A stretch of DNA of 64,000 bases from Octopus sinensis. Its lineage: Eukaryota. The stretch is from contig NC_042999.1 in the NCBI RefSeq assembly GCF_006345805.1, forward strand, positions 50,158,001 to 50,222,000. The letters are read 5' to 3'. The translations under genes and the position numbers were made by a program. The notes beneath the pieces are model-generated. The model saw only the letters and a list, made by a program, of their open reading frames with translations. It was not told where the DNA came from and did no database searches. The stretch's first letter is position 1. Every line of letters starts with the position of its first letter. Below are positions 39,363 through 51,967 of the stretch, piece after piece.

Positions 39363-41662
39363 TAGATAATCCATCCATAGACAACCTGTAATGTTGACTT
39401 CCCATATTGCCAAATCTGCCTGTCAAAACTAAGCCTTCTATTCACTGTTAAAGAGGAGATTAGCTCAAAGTTATTGGATCTCTGCAAAGGTCAATGGCAA
39501 CACATTCAGCTAAGTGACAAGATTCAATCCCTAGCACATGGCAACTTCTAACATAAACATGTTTTGTTTCATTTTTCTCAATCTCTTCTATTGCTCCTGC
39601 AAGTCTTTGTTCCTCAGAAATAGCAAGCTGCAAACCACTTCCGCTCTAGATTATATTACATGCTCTCTCTCTCCCCTTTCTATTGATCTCTGTTTGATCT
39701 CTTTCACCACATCTAGATCCACAGATTTGTGGTATTCACTTTGATCCATCATTCTACCATGAAGCTGCAACCCTGAGAAATTAATGAGTGCTCTCTTCTT
39801 TCTCTTTCTCCTTAGTCTCATCCTCTTCCACCTCAACCTTCTCCTCTTTGTCATTGTCATCATCATCATCACTGCCATCATCATCATTGTAGTTGTAATG
39901 GTGGTGGTGATGGTAGTAGTAGTAGTAGTGGTGGGGGGGATTTCAAATTTTGGCACAAGGTCAGTAATTTTGAGAGAAGAGAGTTGTTGATTTACATCAA
40001 CCCCAGTGTGCCACTGGTACTTATTTTATAGACCCTGAAAGGATGAAATGTAAAGTTGGCATCAATGGGAGCTAAATTCAAAATATAAAGAACTGAAACA
40101 AATATTCTAAGGCCTTTTTCTTTCTTCTTTTTTTTATCTCCAATGCTCGAATGATTCTGCCAAGTCAAGCAATGATACCAACAACATAAACAATTTAATT
40201 ATAAATTAAATAACTTATTCGCAACACTTAGGAACAATAATATGACACTTGAGACAACTGCAATGAAAATATTGACCCTTTTTCTATTGTTTAACTGCCA
40301 ACGTATGATGACATCAGTGGTACTGTTGTCATCACCACCACCACCACCACTTGATATGTTAGTGGTATTGATTCCAACAATGTTTGGAATGATGACATTG
40401 TCACTGAAATATTTTCAGCTGCTTAACTTTTCTGTCTCAAGACCCAGATTATTTTAGATATTTCATCACTCTTAATAGCCTGTCAATACACTTAAAATAA
40501 TGTCTATTAAATTACAAATATAGACATCAAGCTTTAAACCAGACAAATTGACTATAAAATTGTATTCTTCGTGGGTGGAAAATTGTATGAAAAAGTTGTA
40601 ATTATTGTATCTCTTATGCTTGAGGAGTAAGTTCAAATTAATTTGATATATGTATTAAAAGACTTTCTTTGATGTAAAAGACACATGGGATTAACAATTA
40701 TGAGAATTAAAATGAGATCAAAGAGGAAAATATTTTGTTAGTAAGGACAGGAATACAAAACACCAATAAGTGTATTGGATAATTTTCAATGCTAGGATAT
40801 TTAATGTTTTGATATAGAAGGAAAGTTGGCATAATTCCTAAATTCTAGGAAGTATAATGCTAAAGCTAAAAGTGAATATTATAGTCAACAAAAGAGAGCA
40901 GAAATATTGTTGGAGTAACTTTACAATAAGTACTATACAAATTTGGAGATGAAAAATTGTGTTGCTTTGGGGGATGGCTTAACATTTAATTAGTATGTTT
41001 CCTTACTCCATGGTTTTGAGTTCAGTCCTGCTGCACAGCAACATGGTTAAATGTTATCGTTCATAGTTCCAAGTTGAACACTGTTTTATGAGTGAAATGT
41101 AGTAGAAATAATGTGTGAGCTCTGCAGGAATTTAGTATTTTTTGCTTGGGTAACAAAATCTTTCCTGGTCCATGAGTGCTTTTAGCAGAGTCCATTCTGT
41201 TGCAAGTATTGAAGCCAGGTCTTCACAATGTGAATAACTTTCTCCTTTTCAACCTTCAGTCTTAGAGGCCTTTAAAAAGTCATGAGCCCTGCCATTCCTC
41301 TGCTGACAAATTGTTTCAGAAGACAGATTTAGAAAACATTTTGCAATCTCAATGAACTCTCTGCACAAAATTGAAATTATTTCAGTTCAAAAGCGAGTCA
41401 GCATATAATAATCAACAATTGGAGAAGAGAAACAATTCTTTTTATGTTTTTTACAGAGCTTCTAAGACAAGTGGGAGAGAGAGGAAGGTATCCTCCAGCT
41501 GAAGACCTGGTCTGAAAGCTTACAATAGAGTGGACTCTGCTAGAGCTACCCACAGTGCAAGGTAGTGACATTAAACTGGATGACAGTTTAACTCTTCCAC
41601 CTATGTAAACCAAATCAAGATTTGAACTCAGAACACAAAGAGCCAAAAAAGCATTGCACAGA

Positions 41663-41826
41663 TAGGCATAGGAGTGGCTGTGTGGTAAGTAGCTTGCTTA
41701 CGAACCACATGGTTCCGGGTTCAGTCCAACTGCCTGGCACCTTGGGCACGTGTCTTCTGCTATAGCCTCGGGCCAACCAAAGCCTTGTGAGTGGATTTGA
41801 TAGACAGAAACTGAAAGAAGCCTGTC

Positions 41827-41870
<44 letters not shown>

Positions 41871-42096
41871 GTGTGTATGTGTTTATGTATCTGTGTTTGT
41901 CCCCCCCCCCCCAACATCGCTTGATAACTGATGCTGGTGTGTTTACGTCCCTGTACCTTAGCAGTTCAGCAAAAGAGACCGATAAAATATGTACTAGGCT
42001 TACAAAGAATAAGTCCTGGGGTTGATTTGCTTGACTAAAGGCAGTGCTCCAGCATGGCCACAGTCAAATGACTGAAACAAGTAAAAGAATAAAAGA
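41663..42096 (+). mobile_element. Family A SINE
   Basis: All family blocks present. Confidence 0.93.
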
Positions 42097-45000
42097 GCAT
42101 CTGTCTCAATCCAAGGATGTGAATTAGTTTCACTAATCAACATCCTTGAATTTGACCCCTAAAAGGATGAAAGGCAATGTTGGCCTCAATGGGATTTCAA
42201 TACAGAGCTCAGAAAAGCAGAACAAATACCATAAATATTCTGTCCAATATTCTAACAATAATCAAGAAGAAGGACAAGAGGTTATGATATCTGCAAACAC
42301 AGAATTTGCTGCTAGCTGTAATTAACTGTAATGAACATCAAAAAAATTAATCTTGCAGTAATTAATTTTAGGGATATAATTACCAATTTCCTGACATTGA
42401 GGATACTCTAACCTCAAAGAGCAGCCCAGCACTGACTTGAAAATTTTGAAAAAAAAAAGGAAAAAAACCAGAAAAAAGATAAAATAAAAAATAATTTTAG
42501 TACTTTCATATCCTTTATGAAGATGATTTATTAGTTGTTTAGTGACATATAGACCTGTTGATCACTTTAGTCTGCAATTTTTGTTTTCTTCTACATTCCT
42601 GAAAGACATGCTAACTTTAGTATAGATAATCACCCTCTGGGAGTGGACTTGACAAATGGAAAAATGTATCTATTGTTGCTTAGGTTATGAAAAGACTAAT
42701 TTTCATAGAAAAAACTCCCCAGCTACAGTGACTTTGTCTCCAAGAAATATGACAACTAAAATTACACCCATGGTGATAAAAAAGACTTAGCTTAATGGTC
42801 AATTCTGGTTAAGAAAGGTAAGAGAGATAACACTGAAATTTTAGTTTATAGAAATTCATTAAGAATAGAAATGAGTAATGGAGTGAGGGGGTGTGTCTGC
42901 TCTCAGCTGGGAGTGTACTAAATCAAACATAAAGTACATCATTGACAGACAGCATTAAAATCATGAAACTTTTGTATTTAATTCTGTACATGAAAATACA
43001 CACACAAAAGATTACTATTTAACGCTTGTAAATTGAAATGAAAGAGGTATTATATGACGCATCAATACATCCTTAGATTGGCTTTCAAATAAAATTATGT
43101 TGTCACTATTTATTTGTCCAGCTGATCAAATATACTATAGTAATAATAATGAAATGATTATTTCATATGACAATTCAGTTAATATTACTTTTATTTCATT
43201 TATTTTTTCAATGGAGTTCAACGAAATCTCTTTGTGGTTGTCTGACTTATTTGATATAGCAGCAAAGTTTCTTTTAAATAATCCCTACCATCTTAATCAA
43301 TGATATATGATGGGAAATTAAAATGGTATGATTATAGCTAGCTCTCTTTTGCTGTAAGAACCTGCAATCAGGACTTACTTGGAGCTAAACAACAACAATA
43401 ACATGTAATAATTTAGTTAAAGTCCATTAGTGTAAAAAGAGACTGAGTGACTTTTGTATTAATTATTGGCTAAATTCATTAATCTGAGCTGAGTGGATGC
43501 ATGAAGTTAATGGTGGTTATTCTGAGATTTTAACTGAGAGTCTCTTTGCTTCTCTAGGAAATTATAAGGAATTAACTTTTAACTTTCTGCTTAATCCATG
43601 TGAGAGAGCTCTGGGAACATAAAAGCAAGGGTCAAATTGATTTAAATTTCAAGTGTAAAGACATACAAGGAAATTATAATTTCTTGACATCCAACTGCTA
43701 TTTAGACTAGCTCTTAAATTACAATACATCTCTGCACAATGTGTAAGACTGAAGAGCTGGATGTCCACGGTAGACACTATAAAGAAATAGAATGGATGAA
43801 GAGAGATATATATTTCACTTTTTTTTTAAATATTAGTCACAGGAAACAGAGGGGCAGGGCCCTTCATCTTTGAAAGTTTTTCTCCCAGCTTTTGAAAACA
43901 ATGTGGTTCATGATGAGCATGAATATTTGTAGGTAAATATTTATTGATAAACGTGGATGGGGAGGAAATTCTAAATGGTTGAAATCCTAGAAAGGAAGAA
44001 CTTGTCAAAGAGTTTAGAATGAGGGTCTGTCTGTGTGACATAAGCATGGATGAAAAATGATGGCTACATTCAAATACAAAGAGTATGCAGTTAAGTAAGT
44101 TGGAAGAACAGTAGCAATTATAACAGTAATGGAAAAGACAAAGAGAAGAACTCGTTCCTGTGAGTCAGTGATGGCAGAAGTATGTTGGTGAATGGTTTAC
44201 TGATGAGCTAAGGGCATCTGTCTACTAAAATTATCCCCACAAAGTTTTGTTCAATCAACAGTGGCACAATATAAAACACTCAGGCAATGTTCCGTACTGT
44301 GGAGTCAAGCCCAGAACTACATAACTTCAAAGTGCACAACTATGCAGTCATCTATATAATTTATTTTAAAATAACATTATATAATATTTTCGTTCTTTTT
44401 ATGCTCTTCAAAATACCAATAATTCTCACCCACCACAACCATCAAGCTGCTTTTAATTCCTCTACTTTTCCCACCCACTTCACTATCAAAGAACCAAAAA
44501 AAAAAAAAAGTCAAAAATAGTATTTCTCCTCCCCAGACAAATAAATAGAAATAAAGTTAATTTATTGATTTGCACACATGAACATCAGTTCAATTAAAAG
44601 AAACTAATATTTGTAACTGGATTTGTGCTTGCATCAGCATCCAGTCAACATCCAGTCACAATCTATATATTTTAGTACAACACATTTTTTTCTTTTTAGG
44701 TCTACTTTAATTACTCTTCTTGCTAGATTTTTCTCTTTAAAAATGATCATATAAAGTTTAAGTTGTCAAAAAAACATTTTTTATACTAAATCAATTTGAA
44801 TTTATTTTTCTTACATAATTTTTCATTTATGGGACTCCAATTAACTTCGTATCATACATGATGTACTTAACATTAAAATAATGGATGTGATAAACTGGTA
44901 ATGTTTTAAGTATTAGAATTGGTTGTAGCATCTAAATAAACAAATATGGAAGCAGCTACAAGACTGCTCAATCTAATATAAATATCAAATAAATATCCTT

Positions 45001-45424
45001 CAAATTGTACCCTACTGTTTAAAGAAGTCAACAGGTATATTTGATAATATGGTACCTGATATACTAAAAGAACAAGATGGTCATGAATAGAAAGCTATTT
45101 TTTAATTTTTCCTTTTTTGTGTGTGTGAGTGTTTGTAAGTCTACCCAGTCAGGGATGGCCACATACTAAACAAAAAGTACAGCATTTCAAACCATGACCT
45201 TAGTGAGCTTCTACATGTTGATCAACCTGCTAAGAATAGCAGTCAAATTTCCCTCAAATAACACACTTTCATTAGATAAACAAAGGAAAGGCTCATTCGA
45301 TTATGTAGTTCCAGATACATTTTGTCAGAAAAAAAATGAGTCATTGTTCAGAGAAACATCTTTGGTCATTGGTCTGCTCAGTCAGGGATAACAAGGATGG
45401 GAATGAGCTACAGCTACTGCTGTT

Positions 45425-45690
45425 TATACTACTACTACTACTACACCGACAACGACAACTACTACTACTACTACGCCAACAATGACTACAACGACAACTA
45501 CTACGCCGACAACGACAACGACAACTACTATGCCGACAATGCCAACAACGACAACTACTACTATTACTACGCCGACAATGATGACAATGACAACTACTAC
45601 AACTACTACTACTACTACGCCGACAATGATGACAACTACTACTACTACTACGCTGACGACAACGACAACTACTACTACTACTACATGCAA
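45425..45690. repeat. Compound trinucleotide array with higher-order unit (TAC)4-5 GCC GAC AAC/AAT GAC AAC
   Basis: Directly visible; open in several frames (Y/A/D/N-rich, T-rich and V-rich). Confidence 0.93.
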
Positions 45691-46244
45691 TCTACATCTG
45701 CCAACATTATCATAACTATTGACAGTAGTGGTAAAGTGTTAATATCTCCACTAATATTATCTGTATACCACCACTGCAACCACCATCGTCATAACTATTC
45801 CCCTTTGGTTCGTGAGATTAGCAAGGTTGCTGATTTGAACATAGTTTAAACTATTGAATTATAAGATTGTAATGTCCAATAGTCTCTGAGCATCAGGTTG
45901 TTTAACCTTTGTAGTAATGGAAACATTTTTTTTTTTAGTATTTGTGTACGGTTGGAGAGGGTGTGGAAGAGAGAAAGAGAGCTGGAGTAATAGAAAGGAA
46001 GAGTGAGAGCGGAACTAAGAGAAATAGAGAAATAAAAATACAGTGAGCGATAACAAGTGTATGAGCACTCACTTGAATGTAGTGTTAAGAAACCTCTAAG
46101 CTGTATAATGTCTATTCATTATTATTGACAAATAAGATAAATGTCAGTTTTCATTAAAATTGCACTATTTATAAACTGTTATTGAATAAAATGATGAAAA
46201 TTCAACTTGATATCTTTTTTTAAACTTTAAAAAATGTCTCATAC

Positions 46245-46945
46245 AGGCACATAATGGTTGTGTTGTAAAAAGTTTGCTTCCCAACCATATGGTTCTGGGT
46301 TCAGTCCCTTTGTGTGACATCTTGAGCAAGTGTCTTTTACTATAGTCCCAAGCTGACCAAAACCTTTTAAGTGCACCTGGTAGACAGAAACTGAAAGAAG
46401 CACATTGTATATGTAAATATATATCTATATAAAACATTCAAACAAGGTCGTTGCCAGTGCCGCTGGAGTGGCTCCTGTGCAGGTGGCACGTAAAAAATAC
46501 CATTTGAACGTAGCTGTTGCCAGTACCGCCTGACTGGCCCTTGTGCTGGTGGCATGTAAAAGCACTCACTACACTCTCGGAGTGGTTGGCATTAGGAAGG
46601 GTATCCAGCTGTAGAAACTCTGCCAGATCAGATTGGAGCCTGGTGCAGCCATCTGGTTCACCAGTCCTTAGTCAAATCGTCCAACCCATGCTATCATGGA
46701 AAGGGGACGTTAAACGATGATGACGATATGTATCTTTTTGTCTATGTTTGTCCCCAACCACCACTTGACAATCTGTGTCAGTGTGTTTGTGTCCCCGTGA
46801 ATTAGCAGTTCAGCAAAAGAGACTGATAGAATAAGTATCACACTTACAAAGAAATATAAGTGCTGGGGTTGACTTATTCGATAAAAAATTCTTCAAAGTA
46901 GTGCCCCAATGAGGCCTCAGTCTAATGACTGAAACAAGTAAGATA
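46245..46945 (+). mobile_element. Family A SINE interrupted in its central microsatellite by a family E element (46441-46727)
   Basis: SINE head at 46245-46430, then the family E body ending GACGTTAAACGATGATGACGAT, then the SINE 3' half GTTTGTCCCC...GACTGAAACAAGTAAGA. Confidence 0.85.
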
Positions 46946-47375
46946 TGAGGGTGAAAAGAAAGGAAAAATGCATGACCATGGCATAAGAACAGTTTGAAAG
47001 ACCAAAGAAAAGGAAAAAAAAGGAGAAAATTATTTGAGAATGATCTTTGGCTTATCATCCCTGCAAGAAGTGCAAAAAATTGTTTTAACTGGTATGTCAG
47101 ATGTATTGAGAAGAGTACTATTGCTGTGAAAATGACAACCATCCATGTAAAGATTTTTATTTTTTTATAAAACTTTGTTTGACTTTGTAAAGGAACAATC
47201 TGGTGTATTTATTTTAATGGTGTGTCACTGTATACAATGAGCTTCTTTGCCCTAGGTGTCAGGAAAACACTCAACACGAAATGGAAACAAACTTGAAGAA
47301 GAAAAACATAGTAATAATAATAATAATAATCATAATAATGATAAATTATATAAAGTTATATATAATTCAACTTAC

Positions 47376-47492
47376 TTGATATAATAGGGCTTATCATTTT
47401 TGTCAAGAGCTTCCTCCCAACCATATGGCAGGCCATTCTTTGGATACCAATTGTCTCGTGGTGGTATCCAAGATGTAACTTGACTGAGATGG
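47376..47492 (-). CDS. Internal coding exon of a tandem-WW-domain protein (end of WW1, short linker, most of WW2); possibly a WW-WW-PDZ-FERM (FRMPD-like) scaffold, gene identity not established
   Basis: Minus strand reads polypyrimidine tract TTTATTTCTTTTTATTTATATTTCTAG | C CAT CTC AGT ... TAT TAT ATC AA | GTAAGT. The exon is 117 bp (39 codons), phase 2 at both ends, and translates (N)HLSQVTSWIPPRDNWYPKNGLPYGWEEALDKNDKPYYI(N). H-x4-TSW-x-P-P is a WW C-terminus and LPxGWEE-x2-D-x4-YYI(N) is a WW N-terminal half; both introns split the conserved N/D codon. Confidence 0.88.
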
Positions 47493-47547
47493 CTAGAAAT
47501 ATAAATAAAAAGAAATAAATTAGACTGAGAAAAATATTGTTGGAAAA

Positions 47548-47810
47548 GGCAATAGGCATAGTGGTTAAGAGTGCGGGTCACTAACCCCAAGATTCTGAGT
47601 TCGATTCCAAACAGTGGCCTGAATAATAATAATAATGATAATAATAATAACAACAATAACATCAAAAAATACTTTACGAATGAGAATCCAGGTTCGAAAT
47701 TTCCCCAAGACACCTGAAGAAGGCTAGAGGGTATATCAGCTGAAACATTGTTTTAACAACAAACAAGATGAGGACAAATATCCGTCAAATGTAAATGATG
47801 TAAATAATGT
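47548..47810 (+). mobile_element. tRNA-headed SINE with (AAT)n middle and Penelope-type 3' end
   Basis: A-box TAGTGGTTAAG, B-box GAGTTCGATTCC, then CCTGAAGAAGGCT...AGCTGAAAC, a motif typical of Penelope termini. Confidence 0.7.
47709..47754 (+). ncRNA. Decayed minimal type I hammerhead-ribozyme motif (probably inactive)
   Basis: GACAC-CTGAAGA-A-GGCT(AGAGGGTATATC)AGCT-GAAA-CATTGTTTT: CUGANGA and GAAA cores in the right order with a 4-bp stem II; stems III and I are disrupted. Confidence 0.45.
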
Positions 47811-47906
47811 AAATATAAATGTAAATATAGAGCTGAAAAACAGTAACATTAACAACATGAATTTTAGCCAATGAGGGAACAATTATATGATCAATTGATC
47901 GGATAG

Positions 47907-48255
47907 TTAGGCACACAGCTTAGTGGTTAGAGCATCAAGCTCTCAATCATGAGGTAGTGAGTTTGATTCCTTGACCAGACTTTGTGTTGTATTCTTGAGA
48001 AAGACACATATTTCCTGATGCTCCGGTTCACTCAGCTATAGAAATGAGTTGCTATGTCACTGGTGCCATGCTGTATCAGCCTTTGCCTTTTCCTTGGATA
48101 ACCTCGGTGGTGTGGAGAAGGGAGACTGGTATGTATGGGCAACAGCTGGTCTTCTATAAAGAACCTTGTCTGGACTTGTGCCTTGGAGGGGAACTTCTTA
48201 GGTGCAATCAATCCCATGATCATTCATATCTGAAGGGGGTCTTTTACCTTTTAGC
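47907..48255 (+). mobile_element. Older tRNA-headed SINE
   Basis: GCTTAGTGGTTAGAGC A-box, GAGTTTGATTCC B-box and GTATTCTTGAGAAAGACAC core. Confidence 0.65.
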
Positions 48256-48516
48256 TTATCTAATAAAGATAGCAGCCAAATTTCCCTCAAATTCCAGGCC
48301 CCATCATCTTAGATGAGGGGTGGATACATTAAATAGTGTAGTCTGAAATATAATTTTCAAATAAATGGCTGGCATGTATTTGATTATAAATGTCAAATGT
48401 TCTCAAGACAACAGGGGAACGTCTACATGGTTTGCTCGACCTGCTAGAAATAGCAACCAAATGCTTTTCAAATCATCACACTTTACCTTCTAATAAAAAA
48501 AGAAATAACACATTGG

Positions 48517-49384
48517 TTAACTCTTTAGCATTCAATCCAGTGGCATTCAGCCAAAATATGTGGATCTTTACCTTTTGACCGATAGATTTAAAAAATAATT
48601 TTTTGTAACTAAACACTTTCAAACTTCGGACACTGGTAGAATGTGTCATATAAAACATGTTTTACTCTTAGCATTTTTGAGAAAAACATATATTTATGAA
48701 GTTATTTCACATTAAAGTTGTCAATTTTGGTAATTTCAACCAATCAATGACGTGTATTCAGCTGAAAAAAATTACTGCTATTGTTTGTCAACAACAATTA
48801 TCAGCGGTGTATTTTTCGTTTGTCACTGTTATTTATGACATTGTTTGAGCATTTGTACTGGCTTTAGCTTTAAGGTTTTAGGGTTAGGGGGTTAGGGTTC
48901 GGGTGTTATGGTTAGGGTGTTAGGGTTTGGGTTAAGGGGATAGGGTTGTCATAAATAACAGTGACAAACGAAATATACACCGCTGGAAGTTCTTTTAATT
49001 TTATTCAGCTAAATGCACATCATTAATTGGTTGAAATTACTGAAATAGGATGACTTTAACGTGAAATAACTTCATAAGTTTAAGTTTTTCTCAAAAATGC
49101 TAAGAGTAAAAGATGTTTTATATAACACATTCTACCAGTGTCCGAAGTTTGAAAGTGTTTAGTTACAAAAAATTATTTTTTAAATCTGTAGGTCAAAATT
49201 CTACCTGTTTTATGTTCAAATTAGCCAGATCTGGCCTCTCACACCTATCCTGCAATATCATTCTTACGATAAACAATCACATCATCAAAATCTCAAAGCT
49301 ATAAGATAATGTATGATTAATTCAAAACAATGTGAATAAAAAAGCATTACATTTGATAGAATAATGCAAATGCTAAAGGGTTCT
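48517..49384. mobile_element. piggyBac-type MITE hosting a nested foldback element
   Basis: TTAA-CTCTTTAGCATT left end; AATGCTAAAGGG-TTCT right end (degenerate TTAA). Confidence 0.7.
48573..49198. mobile_element. Foldback element with ~250-270-bp inverted arms around a TTAGGG-like core
   Basis: TTTTGACC...TGTTATTTATGACA (48573-48840) mirrors TGTCATAAATAACAG...GGTCAAAA (48947-49198); the spacer has five exact TTAGGG plus variants. Confidence 0.88.
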
Positions 49385-50400
49385 AAAAATAAGACAGGAT
49401 AGTCATGTCTAGAATGTCCTTAACCATAGGTCTGCCTAAATTTGAAACCATTATTTTTTATTCCATAAAATTAAATGCAAGCCACTAAAAGGGGTTCCTC
49501 CAGTGAATCTCAAAACTTCAGTACTAATTTCTTCTCTTTAGGTTTGTGTTGAATTGATAAAACAGGTTGTACTATTTATTTTATTTGTCAGTACCTACAT
49601 TTATCTAGATTCTGACTTAAGTCAAGAAAAGAATAATTCTACCATCTCTTCACTTCTATAAAGAGTAAATACAATTCCTTTTAATCTAAAATTCTATTTC
49701 GCTAATCAAAAAATATATATTCAGTAGTTGGAAGAAATTATATATTGTGAAACAAAATGCAATTAATATTTTTTTTAAATCCTTTGCTATTGAATTCACT
49801 TATTGAGTCTAATTACTGAATCTTTTGAAATTAATTTATGTTCTTGTGAATAAATAATTTCAGTGAAATTAATATTTTTTTATTATAATTTTTGATATAT
49901 TTTACAGCATCCAAGAGAATATAACTAATTTAGCTTTGAATAATTTAGCTTTTTAAATTTAGAGTCTTAGTTACATTTGGAGAATAGCTCCAAACCTATT
50001 TTAGACAGTTCACACTTTGTTTTGTAAAGCATATTGATAAATAATACTAAAATGAGTATTCTCTATAGTTTGTGGCATTTGCATAATATAAAAACAAAGG
50101 ACAAATGAGAACAGATGAATGGGAAAAATATCTAGTATTTCATAAAAGATATTGAAACATGGAATTTAACGAATGTAATATTTTTGAAATAATTCCAGTA
50201 ATAGAAAGTATAGGGTTAAAACGACCCTGTAGTGTTGCCTTTATGTCTGAGAATATGATGAAATCTGTAATGTTGGGGACATGATAAAATATTCCCGCTA
50301 CCCTCTGTAAAGTGGTCAGTGATAAATAGATAAATGAAAGCTAAGGACCACTATCTTTCCTGTTGAGAAATACTTTTGGCTCAGTATTGATAAATATCGT

Positions 50401-50702
50401 GGAGGTGCAATGGCCCAATGGTTAGGGTAATGGACTTGCGGTCGGAGGATCACGGTTTCAATTCCCAGACCAGGCGTTGTGTGTGTCTATTGAGCAAAAA
50501 CACCTAAAAGCTCCACAAGGCCCTGGCAGGGGGTAGTGGCAACCCCTGTTGTACTCTTTCGCCACAACTTTCTCTCACTCCCTCTTCCTGTTTCTTGAGT
50601 AATGCTGCGATGGACTGGCGTCCTGTCCAGCTGGGGGGAACACATACGCCACAGAAACTGGAAAACTGGGCCCATGAGCCTGTCTAGGCTTGAAAAGGGT
50701 GA
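50401..50702 (+). mobile_element. Family C (V-like) SINE
   Basis: GGAGGTGCAATGGCCCAATGGTTAGGG tRNA-like head, GGTTTCAATTCCC B-box and TGCGATGGACTGGCGTCCTGTCCAG core. Confidence 0.9.
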
Positions 50703-51967
50703 CAAAAAAAAATTAGTAAATATCAGGTTCAACAAATTTTATTGGTTACAGATAGATAAAAAATAAGAACAAGTCCAGAACTGCAGCTGACTTAATAGAC
50801 TTCACCCTTCTAGTATATTCTTATAAAGCATCAAAGATGGAAATGGATTCAAAATAGAAAACAGTATCCTACCACTAAACTTAAGGCCTAGTGCTTATAT
50901 TAAATAAAATCAATATACATTTGGACATTTTCCATCTGTTGGACATTTCTAATCTAAGAGTTTAACTGTTCCACTGCAGTTGATACCACACAGTAAGTAT
51001 ATAACACAAAACACACCAATAGTTGAAATTTATTGTTTTTTTTTTAACATGAGCTCAAATTTATTCGTCAGCATCACCTCAGATATTCAGATATACATCG
51101 TTTGCTTTTATAGTATATTTTCCTGTGTTAGTCAGCTCTTGTATGTTATAAGTTCACTGAAATCAACATCCAAAGGCTAAAATTTGATGCTTTCAGGTTT
51201 TATGAAGAAAATTATCATGTGAAAGAAATAAATATCTGACCTCAGACTAAATTAATGCCAAGACCACACAAATAAGCACGCTTTTATGCAATCACATATC
51301 TGACCTGTGAGTAACACTGATGCTAAGATAAGTATGCCTTTATGCAATTACTTGACCTGCTTGATATAGCAGCCAAATCTTCATCAAATCGCCCCATCCT
51401 CATCTCACTATCTTAAGAGTAGAACACATAATTCTTGATAACAGAAAAGAGAGAATGATCACAATAAAACTGCCTTTGGTCATTGGTTTGTTCAATCAGG
51501 ACAGACATGGAGCAAAAACAACAGCTAATTCTGAGAGTAACAATGTATTTCATCCAAAGTTGTTCTCCACATGCTTAGAATACAAATATATTCTCTTGTT
51601 ATTCTTTTGTAATTAAGTTATATGAATACCTTAATTATTATCTATTTAACCAAGTAGAGCTAATGATAAGCTGACATTTATGTATTCATGTTATCAAATG
51701 AGAGATACAATCTTAATTTCAATTTGAGTAATTTCTTATTTGAATTTGAGTGGAGTTGCTATAGTTATTAAATGCTAATTATTTCACATTACTACATCTA
51801 ATATATATCTTCGAGTAAAATTTACCAAATGAGACATTTAGTTTTTTACTTATCAACTTAATAATATGCAACCATTCAAGAGCAGTGTGGAGAGAAAGAA
51901 TTGGTTGACTGTTGATTTGAATGTCTTGTAGTATTTAATCACCAAAATAACTTTGTTTTATCTTTCA

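Noticed and set aside
39560-39790. Minus-strand AG followed by GLQLHGRMMDQSEYHKSVDLDVV
   Set aside because: Ends in a stop with no donor; more like a decayed RTE C-terminus than a host exon.
39651-39990. Poly-T/M/V ORFs and hydrophobic 'membrane-like' ORFs (also 40242-40457 and 45424-45690)
   Set aside because: Products of (CAT)n, (GTA)n and (GGT)n trinucleotide tracts.
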